A stretch of DNA of 64,000 nucleotides from an uncultured Candidatus Rokubacteria bacterium (GCA_963747235.1 CAVVEU010000020.1:96001-160000), one strand, 5' to 3'. Positions 18,741 to 31,126 are shown, counted from the stretch's first letter. Notes: generated by a model not told the origin, from the sequence alone. Numbers and translations: made by a program.

Positions 18741-20666
18741 GTGGCCCGCGCCTGGCTGCCTCCCGCGCTGCTCTCGGTCTACGCCGTGGCCTTCGGCTGG
18801 CGTGCGCTGGGCGGCGGCCTGCTCGTCTTCGACGATCATCCGGGCCAGCTCTATCGCCTCGGCGCACGCGATCACGCTGGGACTCGCCCCGTGGCGCTTC
18901 AATCCCGGGCTGGTGGGCCGGCTACGCGGAGCTCCAGTACTACCCGCCCGGCTTCGCCTGGCTCGGCGCGCTGGTCCACCTGGCGGCCGCCGGCGCGCTC
19001 GACCTGCCGGCCGTCTACCAGATCCTGCTCTGGCTCGCCTGGCTGCTGCCGGGCGTGGCGGTGTACGCGCTGCTGCGCCGCGCGCTCGGCGATCCGTGGC
19101 TCGCGCTCCCGGCGCCTTCGTCGCGCTGACGCTGTCGGCGGGCTCCCGGAGCGGCGTGGAGGAGGGCCTGCGCTGGGGCCTGATCGCGGCGCGCCTGGGC
19201 TGGGGCGTGCTGCCGCTGCTGGCGCTCTGCCTGCTGCGCTGGGCCGAGGGCGCCGCGCGCCCGCCGCTCGCGAGCGCCCCGCTCGTCGCCGCGGTGATCC
19301 TGCTGCATCCGGCGCACGCGCCGGCCGGCCGTGGCGCTGGTGGCGCTGGCCGCCCTTCACGCCGCGCCACGCCGCGCTCGTCTCGGCGAGGCCGCGCTGA
19401 TCCTCGCCGCCGGGCTCGGGCTGGCCGCCGTCTGGCTGCTGCCGCTGCTCGCGCACCTGCGCATGGCCTTGCCGCTGGCCTGGGCGGACGCGACGCTTTT
19501 CGCGCTCGGCCGCCGGCTCGCCTCGCAGCCGGTGCTGCTCGCGCTGGCGCTGCTGACCCTCGTCGCGTGGCGCGGGCGCGCGCGGCTCCCCATCCTCGCC
19601 GATGGGGGCGCGCGATGGCTGCTGGGCCTGACGCCGGCCATGCTCATCGTGATCGCGCTCGACGCGCTCGTCGCGGAGCCGCTCGGCGTGCGCGTGGCTC
19701 CCCGCGGATCGCCTCGTGGACGGCCTCTACCTCGGGCTCGCGCTGGGCGGCGCCATGGGATTCGCGGCGCTCGTCGCGGGGCGCGCGCGCCCGGCCGTCG
19801 CCGCGGTGGTCGCCCTCGCGGTGTGCGTGCCGCTGGCCTGGGGCCCGGATGAGCCCGGGCTCACGCTCTGGCCGCGGGCGCGCGAGTGGCCCCGGGAGCA
19901 GGAGGTCACGCGCGGGCTCCGGATGGACGCGCTCTGGGAGGCGATCCGTCAGGCGCCGCCCGGCCGCGTGCTCTTCCTCCGCTCCGCCGTTCCGCTCGAC
20001 TGGCGGCCTGAATGGTGGCGGCCCCACACGCATCTCACCGCGCTCACTCCCCTCCGGACGGGGCGCGCGATCGTCGGCGGCACGTTCACGCATCCGTCGC
20101 CGGTGGCCGGGCTGGTCTACACGGGCTCGGCGACCCCGCGTCCGATCACGATGCTGGCGGAGCAGCGGGACGGCCGGAGCCTGTTCGGTCGCCCGCTCGA
20201 GGACCTCTCGCCGGAGACGTTCAATCAGCTCGCCCGGAGCCTCGGGATCGGGCTGGTGGTCGCGCTCGAAGAGGACATGGGGAAGATGTTATTTGTGACT
20301 GACAATCAGCAGGTTAGGAGCCTGTCCCGAATAGGCTCGTTCAGGCTCTTCGCGATGGCGGATGCCGTGGCCGAGCCGGTGCCCATCGGGATCCAGCGCT
20401 GGCGAATCTCCCTGCCCGCGTCCGCGTCGGGCTGGGTCCCGCTGCCCATCGCCTACTCCCCGCTCTGGCGGGCGCGCGCCAATGACGCACCGCTGGCGGT
20501 GCGGCGCGACGAACGAGGGCTGCTCGCGGTCGCGCTCGTCGCGCCCACATCGTCGGTGGAGCTCGAGCATCGCCCGGGCGCGGCGGAGTGGGCAGGCATC
20601 ATGGTCAGCCTGGTCGCCGTCCTCGCCCTGCTCGCGGTCTGGTGGAGGCGGGCCTCGCGCCCGTGA
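18741..20666 (+). CDS. Polytopic membrane protein, PTPS-related/YfhO-like GT-C superfamily candidate, several frameshifts
   Basis: FDDHPGQLYRL, WWAGYAELQYYPPGF, many TM segments, extracytoplasmic domain and a PIAYSPLWRA...C-terminal TM end. Confidence 0.6.
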
Positions 20667-21544
20667 ACCCGTCCGGCCGCCTGGGCGCGCTGCCGGTCGC
20701 CCTCCTGCTGCTCTGCTGCCTGGTCTGGGGCCTGAACCAGGTGGCGATCAAGATGAGCGGAGCCGGTGTCTCGCCGCTCATGGGCGCCGGGCTGCGCTCG
20801 CTGGTGGCCGCCGCGCTCGTCTGGCTCTGGTGCGGGATTCGCGGCGAGCCGCTGTTCCGCCGCGACGGCACCGGCGCCTACGGTCTCCTCATCGGCCTCC
20901 TGTTCGCGGCCGAGGTCGCGCTCATCTACTGGGGCCTGGCCTTCACCACCGCGTCCCGCAGCGTGATCTTCCTCTACTCGGCTCCGTTCTTCGTGGCGCT
21001 GGGCGCGCACCGGTACATCCCGGGCGAGCGCCTGACTCGACGGCGCATCGCGGGCCTGGTCCTCGCCTTCGCGGGGCTCTGCCTGGCCTGCGCGGACGCG
21101 CTCTACCTGCCCTCGCGGCGCGAGCTGTTCGGCGACATGCTCGAGCTGGCGGCCGGGTTCCTGTGGGGCGCGACTACTGTAGTTATCAAGATGGGCGGCC
21201 GCGTGCCGCTGAGCCCGCCGCGGATGCTCTTCTATCAGCTCGCGATCTCGAGCGTGGCGCTCATCGGCGCGTCGGTGGCGCTGCGCGAGCCGGGCGTCGT
21301 CGCGGCGACCGCGCCGGTGGTGGCCGCGCTCGCCTACCAGGCGGTGGTCGTCGCGTTCGCGTCGTATCTGGCGTGGTTCTGGCTGCTCAGGCGCTACCCG
21401 GCCTCCGACCTCGCGCCGCATCTGTTCTGGACGCCGCTCTTCGGCGTGCTCGCGGGCTGGGCGCTGCTGGGCGATCCGCTGAGCGGCAATCTGGGCGCCG
21501 CCGCGGTGCTCATCGCGGTCGGGATCTACCTGGTGAACCGCTGA
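20663..21544 (+). CDS. EamA/DMT family transporter
   Basis: LCCLVWGLNQVAIK, GLAFTTASRSVIFLYSAPFF, TPLFGVLAGWALLGDPL; about 10 TM segments. Confidence 0.9.
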   Translation: MNPSGRLGALPVALLLLCCLVWGLNQVAIKMSGAGVSPLMGAGLRSLVAAALVWLWCGIRGEPLFRRDGTGAYGLLIGLLFAAEVALIYWGLAFTTASRSVIFLYSAPFFVALGAHRYIPGERLTRRRIAGLVLAFAGLCLACADALYLPSRRELFGDMLELAAGFLWGATTVVIKMGGRVPLSPPRMLFYQLAISSVALIGASVALREPGVVAATAPVVAALAYQAVVVAFASYLAWFWLLRRYPASDLAPHLFWTPLFGVLAGWALLGDPLSGNLGAAAVLIAVGIYLVNR

Positions 21545-21549
21545 GCGAC

Positions 21550-22463
21550 TCAGACCATCGGGTCGTAGTTGAAGAACTGCCCCGAGGTGTCGAGCGGCGC
21601 CAGGTGGTGCTTGAGCGTGCCGGGGAACATCGCGGCCAGCCGCTCCGGCGTCCACCCCAGATCGTGGTGGATGCTCCGCAGCGGGCGCATGTGGCCGAAC
21701 AGCATGACCTCCTTGCCGCGCACCCCGAAGACCTGGCCCGAGATCTCCTTGGCCTCGTCGCTGGCCAGGAACACCGCGACCGGGGCGATGTGCTCGGGGC
21801 CCATCTTCTTGATCTTCTCGACGCGAGCCTTCTGGGCCTCGGTCTCGGTGGGGATGGTGCCGATCATGCGGGTCCACGCGAACGGCGAGATGCAGTTGGC
21901 GGTCACGTTGTAGCGCGCCATGTCCAGCGCCACCACCTTGGTGAAGCCCACGATGCCGAGCTTGGCCGCCGCGTAGTTGGCCTGGCCGATATTGCCGACG
22001 AGCCCCGAGGTGGACGTCATGTTGATGATGCGGCCCCACTTGCTGCTCCCGCATGTGCGGGACCGCGGCGCGGGTCACCGCGAAGGTGCCCTTGAGATGC
22101 GTGTCGAGGACCGCGTCCCACTCCTCCTCGGTCATGTTGAAGATCATGCGATCGCGGAGGATGCCCGCGTTGTTGACCACGATGTCCACGTGCCCGAAGT
22201 GGTCGAGCGCGGTCTGGATGATGCGCTGGCCGCCCGCCATGCTCGCCACCGAGTCGTAGTTGGCGGCGGCCTGGCCGCCCTGCCCCTTGATCTCGTTGAC
22301 CACGTCGTCGGCGGGGCCGCGCGCGTCCGCCCGTGCCGTCGGAGCTCCCGCCGTAGTCGTTCACCACCACCTTGGCTCCGTGCTTCGCCATGAGCAGCGC
22401 GATCTCGCGGCCGATGCCGCGCGCCGCGCCCGTGACCACCGCGACCTTGTCCTTGAGCATCAT
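21550..22463 (-). CDS. SDR family oxidoreductase (3-hydroxyacyl-CoA dehydrogenase-like), frameshifted
   Basis: TGAARGIG, VVVNDYG, NNAGILRDR, GQANYAAAKLG (YxxxK). Confidence 0.9.
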
Positions 22464-22503
22464 GAGTCGTCGCCATCGGAGCTCTCTCCTCGTTGGAACG
22501 TAG

Positions 22504-23708
22504 TCAGATGATGCCGCGGGCGGCGAGCGAGTCGATCTCGGCGGTCGTGAAGCCGGCCTCGGCGAGCACGTCGCGGCTGTGCTCGCCCAGCGGCGGGGCC
22601 GGGGTCCGGATGGTCCCCGGGGTCTTCTCGAGCTTCACCGGGGTGGCCATCGTCTTGAAGCGTGCCGGCCCGCGGATGGTCCTGCTCGGTGATGAACCCG
22701 GTCGCCACCACCGCGGGTGGCGCACCAGCATGCGGGTAGTCGTTGACCGGCGCGCAGAGCACGTCGGTCTGCTCGAGCACCTCCATCCAGTGGTCGACCG
22801 GGCGCGCGCGGAACGACCGGGGCCAGGATCGTCTCGAGCTCGCCGCGGTGGGCGAGACGGTCCCGGCGCGTGGCGAAGCGCGGATCGGAGCCGAGCGCGT
22901 CCATGCCGACCGCCTTGCAGAAGGGCAGCCACAGGCGATCCACCCACGCGGCCACGAAGAGCCAGCCGTCCGCCGCGTGGAAGGCCTGGTAGGGCACGAT
23001 CTCGGGATGGCCGCTGCCGTAGCGCGGCAGCGGCTCGCCGGTCTCGTGGAAGACGGAGAGGCGCGCGGTGTGGGCGAAGAGCATGCCGTTGAGCAGCGAG
23101 GCGTCCACCCGCTGCCCCTGCCCGTTCGCGCCGCGCGCGATCAGCGCGGTGAGGATGCCCTGGATCGCGAGCATGCCGCCCAGGGTGTCGACCACCGGCG
23201 CGCCGCACAGGACCGGGCCGCCGTCGGGCTCGCCGGTGATGGCCATGAGGCCGCCCAGGGCCTGGGCCAGCGAGTCGAGGCCGGGCTTCTCGCGCCAGGG
23301 CCCCTCGGGGCCGAAGGCGGAGATCGAGCAGTAGATGAGGCGCGGGTTCACGCCCTTGACCGAGTCGTAGTCGATGCCGAGCCGCTCCGCCACGCCGCCG
23401 CGGTAGCCCTCGATGATCACGTCGGCCCACGCGGCGAGCCGGTGGAAGGCGGCCCGGCCCTCCGGCTGCTTGACGTCGAGACAGATGCCGCGCTTGTTGC
23501 GGTTGACCGTGAGGTGCAGGATGCCCTCGCCGTTGCGCATCGCGCGCGGGTACACCGAGCGCCCCGCATCGGGCGCCTCCCGCGACTCCACCTTCACCAC
23601 GTCGGCGCCCATGTCGGCGAGATACATGCCGCAGATGGGCCCCGCGATCAGGTGGGCCAGCTCGAGGACCCGCACGCCGTGAAGGGGCGGGCGCAGAGGG
23701 TCGGCCAT
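22504..23708 (-). CDS. CaiB/BaiF (family III) CoA transferase, frameshifted
   Basis: LHGVRVLEL, ADMGADVVKVE, NRNKRGICLD, ISAFGPEGP, GLDSLAQALGGLM, APPLGEHS. Confidence 0.92.
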
Positions 23709-23730
23709 GACCGCATCACCCTAGCACAGA

Positions 23731-24539
23731 TCAGCCGCGGCTGGTCCGCATCAGGGCGGCCGCGAACTCCGCGCCCAGGATGAAGACGACGCCCGAGTAG
23801 TAGGCGAACATGGCCAGCGCCACCAGGACGCCGAGGGGACCGTAGATCCTGTCGTAGACCCCGAAGGAGAGGATGTACCAGCGGAAGAGCTGCTTGGCCG
23901 CCTCCCACAGCACCGCGGCGAGGAGCGCGCCCGCCAGCGCCGCGCCCACCGGGACCCGGCGGTGCGGGAAGTAGCGATACGGGACGAAGAAGAAGGCGGT
24001 GCTGAGCGTCAGGGCCAGCGCGAGCGACCAGGAGCGCACCCACTGCGACGGGATCGCCCATGGTCTGGAAGAGCAGGATGCTTGAGCCAGCCGAAGAGGT
24101 CGCTGATGACGAGGCTGCCGAGGAAGAGGATGCCCATCGCGACGACCATCACCATGTCCCGCAGCATGCCGCGGAGGAAGCCGGGCCCGCCGCGGAACCC
24201 GAAGATGTCGCTCAGGACCAGCCCGGATCGAGTTGAAGAGCTGGCTCGCGAAGAGGAGCAGCACCGCGGTGCCGAGGAGGCCCGAGAGCCGCCGCCGCCG
24301 GATGATGGCGGCGAGGGCCTCGTGGAGCTCGTTCTTGTACACCGGGACGATCGCGGAGAGCTGGTTCGAGCACCGCGTCCGATCACGGTGCGGCGGCTCA
24401 GCACGAAGCCGGCCACCGACACGATGAAGAAGAGCAGCGGGATGAGGCCCACCATGAAGTTGAAGGCGAGCCCGGAGGCCAGGAACATCCCGCGGCGGGC
24501 GCGGAAGTTGGCCGCCGCGGTTCTGAGCGCCCCGATCAC
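23731..24539 (-). CDS. YihY/BrkB family inner membrane protein, frameshifted
   Basis: ASGLAFNFMVGLIPLL, YRYFP, LWEAAKQLFRWY, IYGPLG, ILGAEF. Confidence 0.85.
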
Positions 24540-24549
24540 GAGCCCGCGC

Positions 24550-25344
24550 CTACACGACGCTCCGGATCAGGCCGCCGTCCACCTGCACCGCGGTGCCCGT
24601 GATGTAGGACGCGCGCGCGGAGGCGAGGAAGACCACCATCGCGGCGAACTCCTCCGGGGTGCCGATGCGGCCCATCGGGATGTCGGCCGAGGACGAGCGC
24701 CATCTGCTGCTCCATCGTGACGCCGCCGCGCTTGGCCCGGTCGGTCTGGTGCTCGATGAAGCGGTCGGTCAGGATGCGCCCGGGCAGCACCAGGTTGACC
24801 GTGATGTTGTCCTTGGCCAGATCGCCGGCGAGGGTCTTGAACATGCCCGGCGATGCCCGGCCGGATGCCGTTGGAGAGGATGAGGCCGTCCACCGGCTGC
24901 TTCACCGAGCTCGACTGGATCGCGAGGATGCGCCCCCACTTCGCCTTCTTCATGTGAGGCAGGACGTCCCGGATGAAGCGCACGGTTGAGAGATGCACCT
25001 GCTCGAAGGCCGTCGTCCAGTGCTCGTCGGTCATGCTGCTCGAAGGGCCCGGGCGGCGGCCCGCCCACGTTGGCCACCAGGATGTCCACGCCGCCGAAGG
25101 CCCGGTTGGCCTCCGCGACCACCTTCGAGATGTCGGCGGCCCGGCTCGCGTCGGCGGTCAGCGCCAGCACTTCCGCGCCGGTCTGCCGCTTCACCTCGGC
25201 GGCCGCGTCGTTCAGCGCGGCCTCGCCGCGCGCGCACATCACGACCCGCGCGCCCTCCGCGGCCAGCCCCAGTGCGCTCGCCTTGCCCATGCCCTTGCTC
25301 GCCGCCACCACGAGGGCGGTCTTGCCCTTGATGCCCAGATCCAT
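24550..25344 (-). CDS. SDR family oxidoreductase (3-oxoacyl-ACP reductase-like), frameshifted
   Basis: [48 protein letters not shown]. Confidence 0.88.
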
Positions 25345-25371
25345 GGGGACCCCTTTGTCGGCCTGCGTGAA

Positions 25372-26283
25372 TCAGGATGTCTGCTTGTAGAAGTCGGCGC
25401 GGTCGCCGCCGGTGACCGACAGGCGGCGCACCTCGTTGTCGCGCATGACCTCGAGGGTCATCTTCTCGCCGGGCGCGTGCTTCCAGAGCGAGAGGTAGAG
25501 CTCCTTGCGCGTCGGCACCTCCTGGGCATTCAGCGAGACGATCACGTCGCCCTCCTGGATGCCGGAGCGCGCGCCCGGCCCGTTCGGCACGAGGCCCGCC
25601 ACCACCACGCCCTCGTCCAGCGACGTGGGCGAAGACGCCGAGCCAGGCCCGCTGCGGCCGGCTCACCACGCGGCCGAAGCGCATGAACTCCTGCTGGCTG
25701 CGGCGGTAGTACTCGCCCGGGATGGCGAGCGAGCAGCGCGCGATCTCGTTCAGGTTCAGCGAGACGACGCCCATCATCTGGCCGCTCAGCGTGAAGAGCG
25801 GGCCGCCCCCGAAGCCCGGGATTGGAGGCGCTCGAGACGATCTCGCGATCGAGCAGGTACTCCCAGTAGCGCCTCGAACTCGCCGAGGTGGGTCACGAGG
25901 CCCCCGGCCACGCGGCGCTCGCGGGGCCCGGTGGAGCCGATCGCGAAGACGGGCTCCCCGCGCGTGAGCGTGTCGGAGTCCCCGATGGCGACGGCCTGCA
26001 GCCCCTGGCGCTTCACGTGGAGCAGGGCCAGCCCGATCTCGAAGTCCTGGGCGACGATCTCGGCCTTCAGCGCCCGGCCGCGTCCCAGCGTGACCTGGAT
26101 GGTCTCGGCGCCCATGACCACGTAGTTCACGGTGAGGATGAGGCCGGCGGGATCCACCACCGTCCCGGTGCCCATCCGCTCGTCACCGAGGATGCGGGTG
26201 GAGGGATGGCTCGCGGGGACCTCGGCGTGGATGTGCACCACCGAGGCGAGCAGATGCTTGACGATCTCGACCGACGCGTCCAT
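25372..26283 (-). CDS. HtrA/S1C-like trypsin-fold + PDZ protein, catalytic residues apparently substituted, frameshifted
   Basis: GTGTVVD...LILTVNYVV, NPGFGGGPL, RAWLGV, PGARSGIQEGDVIV PDZ domain. Confidence 0.75.
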
Positions 26284-26353
26284 GAATCGAGTGCGTTCAC
26301 GCTAGCACGCGCGCGCCCGGGCCTTGCAACGCGACAGCGTACAAACCGAGCGG

Positions 26354-27210
26354 CTATTTGAGGTGGCGGGCCAGGAACTCCTCGATCCGGCGACGGGCGT
26401 CCGCCGCGGCTTCCGCCTGGTACGACGACGGTGGCGCCGAAGCCGCCGGGCCGGTTGTCGTTCTCCACCTGGGCCTGCACCTCGTGCCGCTGCCCCTCCA
26501 CGTCGAAGTAGTGGTAGGCGCCCGGATAGACGACGATGGTGGCGTCGGCGCCGCGGCCGCGCATGGCCTCGACCATCTCCCGGCACTTCGCCGCCGGCGT
26601 CCAGTCGTCGGCCTCGCCGATGAGCACGAGCAGCGGCCGGATCACCTGCTCTCCCACCAGCGAGAAGCAGCCGCCCGGGTAGACGCCGATGCCCGCGGCG
26701 AAGCCCCCCGTCGTGGAATCAATGATCGGCAGCGTGACGCCGCGGCGCGCGGGCGCGCTCGAGGCTCGGGCCGTTGATCGCGGCCATGGCGTAGACCCCG
26801 CCCTGCGACCAGCCGATGGCGGCCACCCGGTCCGCGCGGATCTCGGGGAGCGATTGCAGATAGCGCAGGGCGCCGAACGCGTCGTCGAAGCGCGCGGTGA
26901 TCGGCGGATCGTCCGGCCCCGAACGGCAGTCGCCCTTGAGGCCCCGCGGGCCGAAGCTGTCCACCACCAGGGCCACGTAGCCGCGCTCGGCGAGCCAGCG
27001 CGCCCAGCGGAAGGACTGCGCCTCGATGCCGGCGCAGCCGTGGAGCTGCACCACCGCGGGAAACGGGCCGGGGCCGGCGGGGCGAACGAGCGTCGCGGTG
27101 ATCGTCACCGGGGCGCCAGGCGTGACGCTGGGGAAGCGGACGATCCGAGTCTGCGCGGCGCAGCCCGCGAGGAGTGTCGCCGCCATCACCGCCGCCGCGA
27201 GCCGGTGCAC
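26354..27210 (-). CDS. Dienelactone hydrolase family lipoprotein, frameshifted
   Basis: LLAGC lipobox, LHGCAG, VVDSFGPRG, GWSQGG nucleophile elbow, GEADDWTP, YPGAYHYFD. Confidence 0.85.
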
Positions 27211-27317
27211 GGGTCGAGCATAGCAGGAGATCGCGCGCCGCCGCCCCGGCACACCGGCGCTGAGGTAGAATGCCGCCAGGAGGAGCCAGCCATCCGGGAG
27301 GCGCACGAGTCGGGCCG

Positions 27318-27814
27318 ATGAGCGACGAGCCGTCAAGGGAGACGCGCGCGGAAGCGCAGCGGCATTTCCAGCAGGGCTACGAGGCGCAGATGCAGGGGCG
27401 CCTCGAGGAGGCGGTGGCGCACTACCAGCGGTCCATCGCGCTGCATCCGACCGCGGAGGCCCACACCTTCCTCGGGTGGGCGTACAGCTATCAGGGGCGG
27501 CCCGACGACGGCGATCGCCGAGTGCAAGATCGCGATCTCCGTGGACCCGGACTTCGGGAACCCCTACAACGACATCGGCGCCTACCTGATCGAGCTGGGG
27601 CGCGAGGAGGAGGCGGTGGCCTGGCTCGAGCGCGCGAAGGAGGCGCGCCCGCTACGAGCCGCGCCACTATCCGTACTTCAACCTCGCGCGCATCCACATC
27701 AAGCGTCACGAGATCCTCGACGCCATCCGGGAGCTCGAGGCCGCGCTGGCGATCGAGCCGCGCTACGTGACCGCCCGGAAGGAGCTGCACCGGCTCCGCG
27801 GCCTGCTCAATTGA
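27318..27814 (+). CDS. Tetratricopeptide repeat protein, frameshifted
   Basis: [58 protein letters not shown]; stop overlaps the polB start (TTGA). Confidence 0.85.
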
Positions 27815-30097
27815 CCTCGATCCCGCTGCCGTTCTACGACAATCCCCTGCTCTTCGGTCACGACCCGGCCCGCGGCCTGCTCGCCTTCCGCCCGGCCGAC
27901 AGCCACGTCACGGTCTACGCCCGGCGCGACGGCGTCGTGACCACCACCGACGAGCCCTTCCGGCCGTTCCTGCTCCTGGCCGATCCCGATCTCCTCAAGG
28001 AATTCAAGGGCGACGTGGAGGTGACCCCGCTCGACGGGGACGGCGTCTACCGCTGGCTCGCGGAGTGCCCCTCCTGGCCGGAGGCCCTCCGGGTGCGCGA
28101 CCACTGCCTGCGCGTCTCCGGCAAGAGCGCGGGCGCGCCCGAGGCCCCGTACCGCTTCCTCAGCGATCCGGTGCACCAGTTCCTGCTGCGATCCGGGAAG
28201 ACGTCCTTCCTCGGCATGGCCTTCGGCGACCTGCGGCGCATGGCCGCTCGACATCGAGGTCACCACCGCGCCCGGCTTCGAGTTCCCCAACGCGGCGCGC
28301 GAGTCCGATCGCATCATCGCGATCGCGATGGCCGACTCCACCGGGTTCTCGACCGTGCTGTCGGGCGCCGAGCTGTCCGAGGCCCAGCTCCTGGCCGAGT
28401 GCTCGCGCATCCTCCGCGAGCGCGATCCCGACGTGCTGGAAGGCCACAACATCTTCCGCTTCGACCTCGAGTACCTGGAGGCGCGGGCGCGCCGCCACCG
28501 CGTGCCGCTCGCGTGGGGGCGCGACGGCTCCGTGCTGCGCGGGTACCCCTCGCGCATGCAGGTGGCGGAGCGCACGATCGGCTACCGGCGCTACGGGGTG
28601 ATCGGGCGCCACATCGTGGACACCTGGATCCTGGCCCAGCTCTACGACGTGGGCGCGCGCGACCTCGAGTCCTACGGCCTCAAGGACGTGGCGCGGCACT
28701 TCGGGGTGGCCGCGCCCGACCGGACCTACCTCCCGCCCGAAGACATCCCGCGCATCTTCGCGGAGGACCCCGCGCGGCTCATGGCCTACGCGCGCGACGA
28801 CGTGCTGGAGACGCTCGCGATCTCGGCCATCCTGTCGCCGCCCTACTTCGTGCAGGCGCAGGCCCTGCCCTTCGACTACCAGACCACCGTGCTGCGCGGC
28901 AACGCGACCAAGATCGACGCGCTGCTGATGCGGGAGTACCTGCACCGCCGCCAGGCGGTGCCCGCCCCCGGCCAGGGCCGCGGCGTGGCGGGCGGCTACA
29001 CCGCGGTGTTCCAGCAGGGCGTGGCCCGCGACGTGCTGCACGTGGACGTGACCTCGCTCTACCCGTCGCTGATGCTCGGGCAGGATCTCTTCCCGGCCTC
29101 GGACCGGCTCGGGGTCTCCGCCTCCCTGCTCCGCGACCTCCGCGAGTTCCGCGTCTCGGCCAAGCGGCTGGCCCGCGACGCGGCCGCGCCGGAGGACCGG
29201 ATCTTCCTGAACGCGCTCCAGCAGACCTTCAAGATCTTCATCAACTCGTTCTACGGCTACCTCGCCTTCTCGCAGGGGCACTGGAACGACTTCGACGTGG
29301 CCAACCGCGTGACCGGCGAGGGCCGGCGCCTCGTGCAGGCGCTGCTCGACCGGCTCGGCGAGCTGGGCGCCACCGTGGTCGAGGTGGACACGGACGGGAT
29401 CTACTTCGTCCCGCCCGCGGCGGCCTCCGCGGCTCGAGGAGCATCTCGTGAGCGAGCTGTCGGCGCGTGCTCCCGGAGGGGATCCAGCTCGAGCTCGACG
29501 GCCGCTACGTCGCGATGTTCAGCTACAAGATGAAGAACTACGTCGTGCTCGACGAGCGCGGCAAGCTCCTGATCAAGGGCTCGGGCCTGCGCTCGCGCGG
29601 CATCGAGCTCTTCCAGCGGCTCTGGATGGAGGAGATGTTCCGCCTGCTCCTCACCGGGCGGCGCGACGAGATCCCGGCCCTGGTCGCGCCGCTGGGAGGA
29701 GGACTTCCGGGCCCACCGCGTGCCCGTCAAGCAGTTCATGAAGACGGAGACGCTGCAGGAGTCGCTCGGGGTGTATCGGCAGAAGCTGCAGGCGGGCGCG
29801 CGCAACGTGGGCGCGGCCTACGAGCTGGCCCAGGGCTCGAGCCGGTCGTACCAGCCGGGCGATCAGGTCTCCTACTATGTGACGGGCGAGTCGAAGCGGG
29901 TCACGGTCAACGAGGCGGCCAAGCTCGCGGCCGAGTGGAGCGCGGCCGCGCCCGACGAGAACACCGCGTACTACGTGGCCAAGCTGCAGGAGCTCTACGA
30001 GAAGTTCCGGCCGCTGATCGAGCAGGACGGCCTCTCGCCCGTCGTCGAGGCCGCGCCCGCGCGCCGTCGCCCCGAGCAGGGCAGCCTGTTCGACTGA
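27811..30097 (+). CDS. polB: Family B DNA polymerase with 3'-5' exonuclease (DNA Pol II-like), frameshifted
   Basis: ExoI DIEV, Exo[14 protein letters not shown], ExoIII YARDD, motif A DVTSLYPS, motif [11 protein letters not shown], motif C DTDGI, MKNY...IKGSGL; C-terminus QGSLFD. Confidence 0.88.
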
Positions 30098-30110
30098 GGC
30101 GGGGCCGCCC

Positions 30111-31093
30111 TCACCAGACCAGCGAGAGCTGGCGCGGCCGCGCGGGCGCCTCCGCCCGCACGCGGTCGTCCCGGGTGCGGGCCGGGAAGCCGACCTCCGC
30201 GGCGAGCCGCGCCACGCGGCGCTCGATGTCCTCGCGGTAGGCCCGCGGGGCATTGCCGGGCGCCGGATAGAGCGCGCGGTAGCGCGCGAGCGCCCACGGG
30301 AACTCCCGCTCCACGAAGTCGAGGAAGAAGCGCCACGTCATCTCGGTTCGCAGGAAGAGCGCCTGCGAGATCGCCTCGCGCGCGCCCGCCGCGAGGGCGG
30401 CGGCCAGCAGCTCGCGCAGGCTCGCGTCGCCGTCCGTCAGCAGCGGGAGCACCGGCATCAGGAACAGGCGCGCGCGGATGCCGTCGGCGGACAGCGCCCG
30501 CATGGCCTCGAGCCTCAGATCGGGCCGGGGCGCCCGGGGCTCGAGCTGCCGCAGGAGCGCGGCGTCGAGCGAGATCAGCGAGACGTTGACCCACAGGTCC
30601 GAGGCGCGCGCGATGCGGGCCAGGAGCTCGCGATCGCGCAGGACGCCGGTGGACTTGGTGGTGAGCCCGATGCGGAGCCCGGGCACGCGCGCCATCACCT
30701 CGAGCACGCCGCGCGTGACCGCGAAGCGCGCTTCCGCCGGCTGGTAGGGATCGGTCGCGGTGCCGATGGCGATCTCCTGCCCGGCGTCGCGCGCGCGGAT
30801 CAGCCCGCTCAGCAGCCGCGCCGTGCCGGCCTCCTTGACGTAGATGCGCTCCTCGAACTCCTCGGGGTCGCCGTGTCCCAGGTACTCGTGCGTGGGTCGG
30901 GCGTAGCAGTAGCGGCAGCCCAGCTCGCACCCGCGGAACGGGTTCACGGTCCAGCCGAAGGGCATGCTCTCGCCGGTGAGGCGGTTCAGCAGGTTCTCCG
31001 ACTTGAGCGGCCTGGAACGTCACGCCCCTACGGCTGATCTACGATGCCGCCGAGACGCTTCACGAAGCCGGGAGCCGGCCGCGGGCTATCCAT
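30111..31093 (-). CDS. Radical SAM protein, spore-photoproduct-lyase-like (Rv2578c/PA0069-type); N-terminus frameshifted
   Basis: NPFRGCELGCRYCYARPTHEYL, IGTATDPYQPAE, TTKS, LEPRAP, MPVLPLLTD; ends RQLSLVW. Confidence 0.88.
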
Positions 31094-31126
31094 GAGCTCT
31101 CCACATGACGAGTACTATAGCACCAG

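Noticed and set aside
27318-30097. polB as part of a casposon, pipolin or prophage
   Set aside because: No cas1, integrase, terminal repeats, phage genes or GC shift nearby; the clamp-binding tail fits a cellular enzyme.
14532-30097. Programmed frameshifting or mass pseudogenisation
   Set aside because: The shifts are numerous, lack slippery heptamers and hit conserved housekeeping genes such as transketolase, tldD and uppP elsewhere in the window; sequencing error is more parsimonious.
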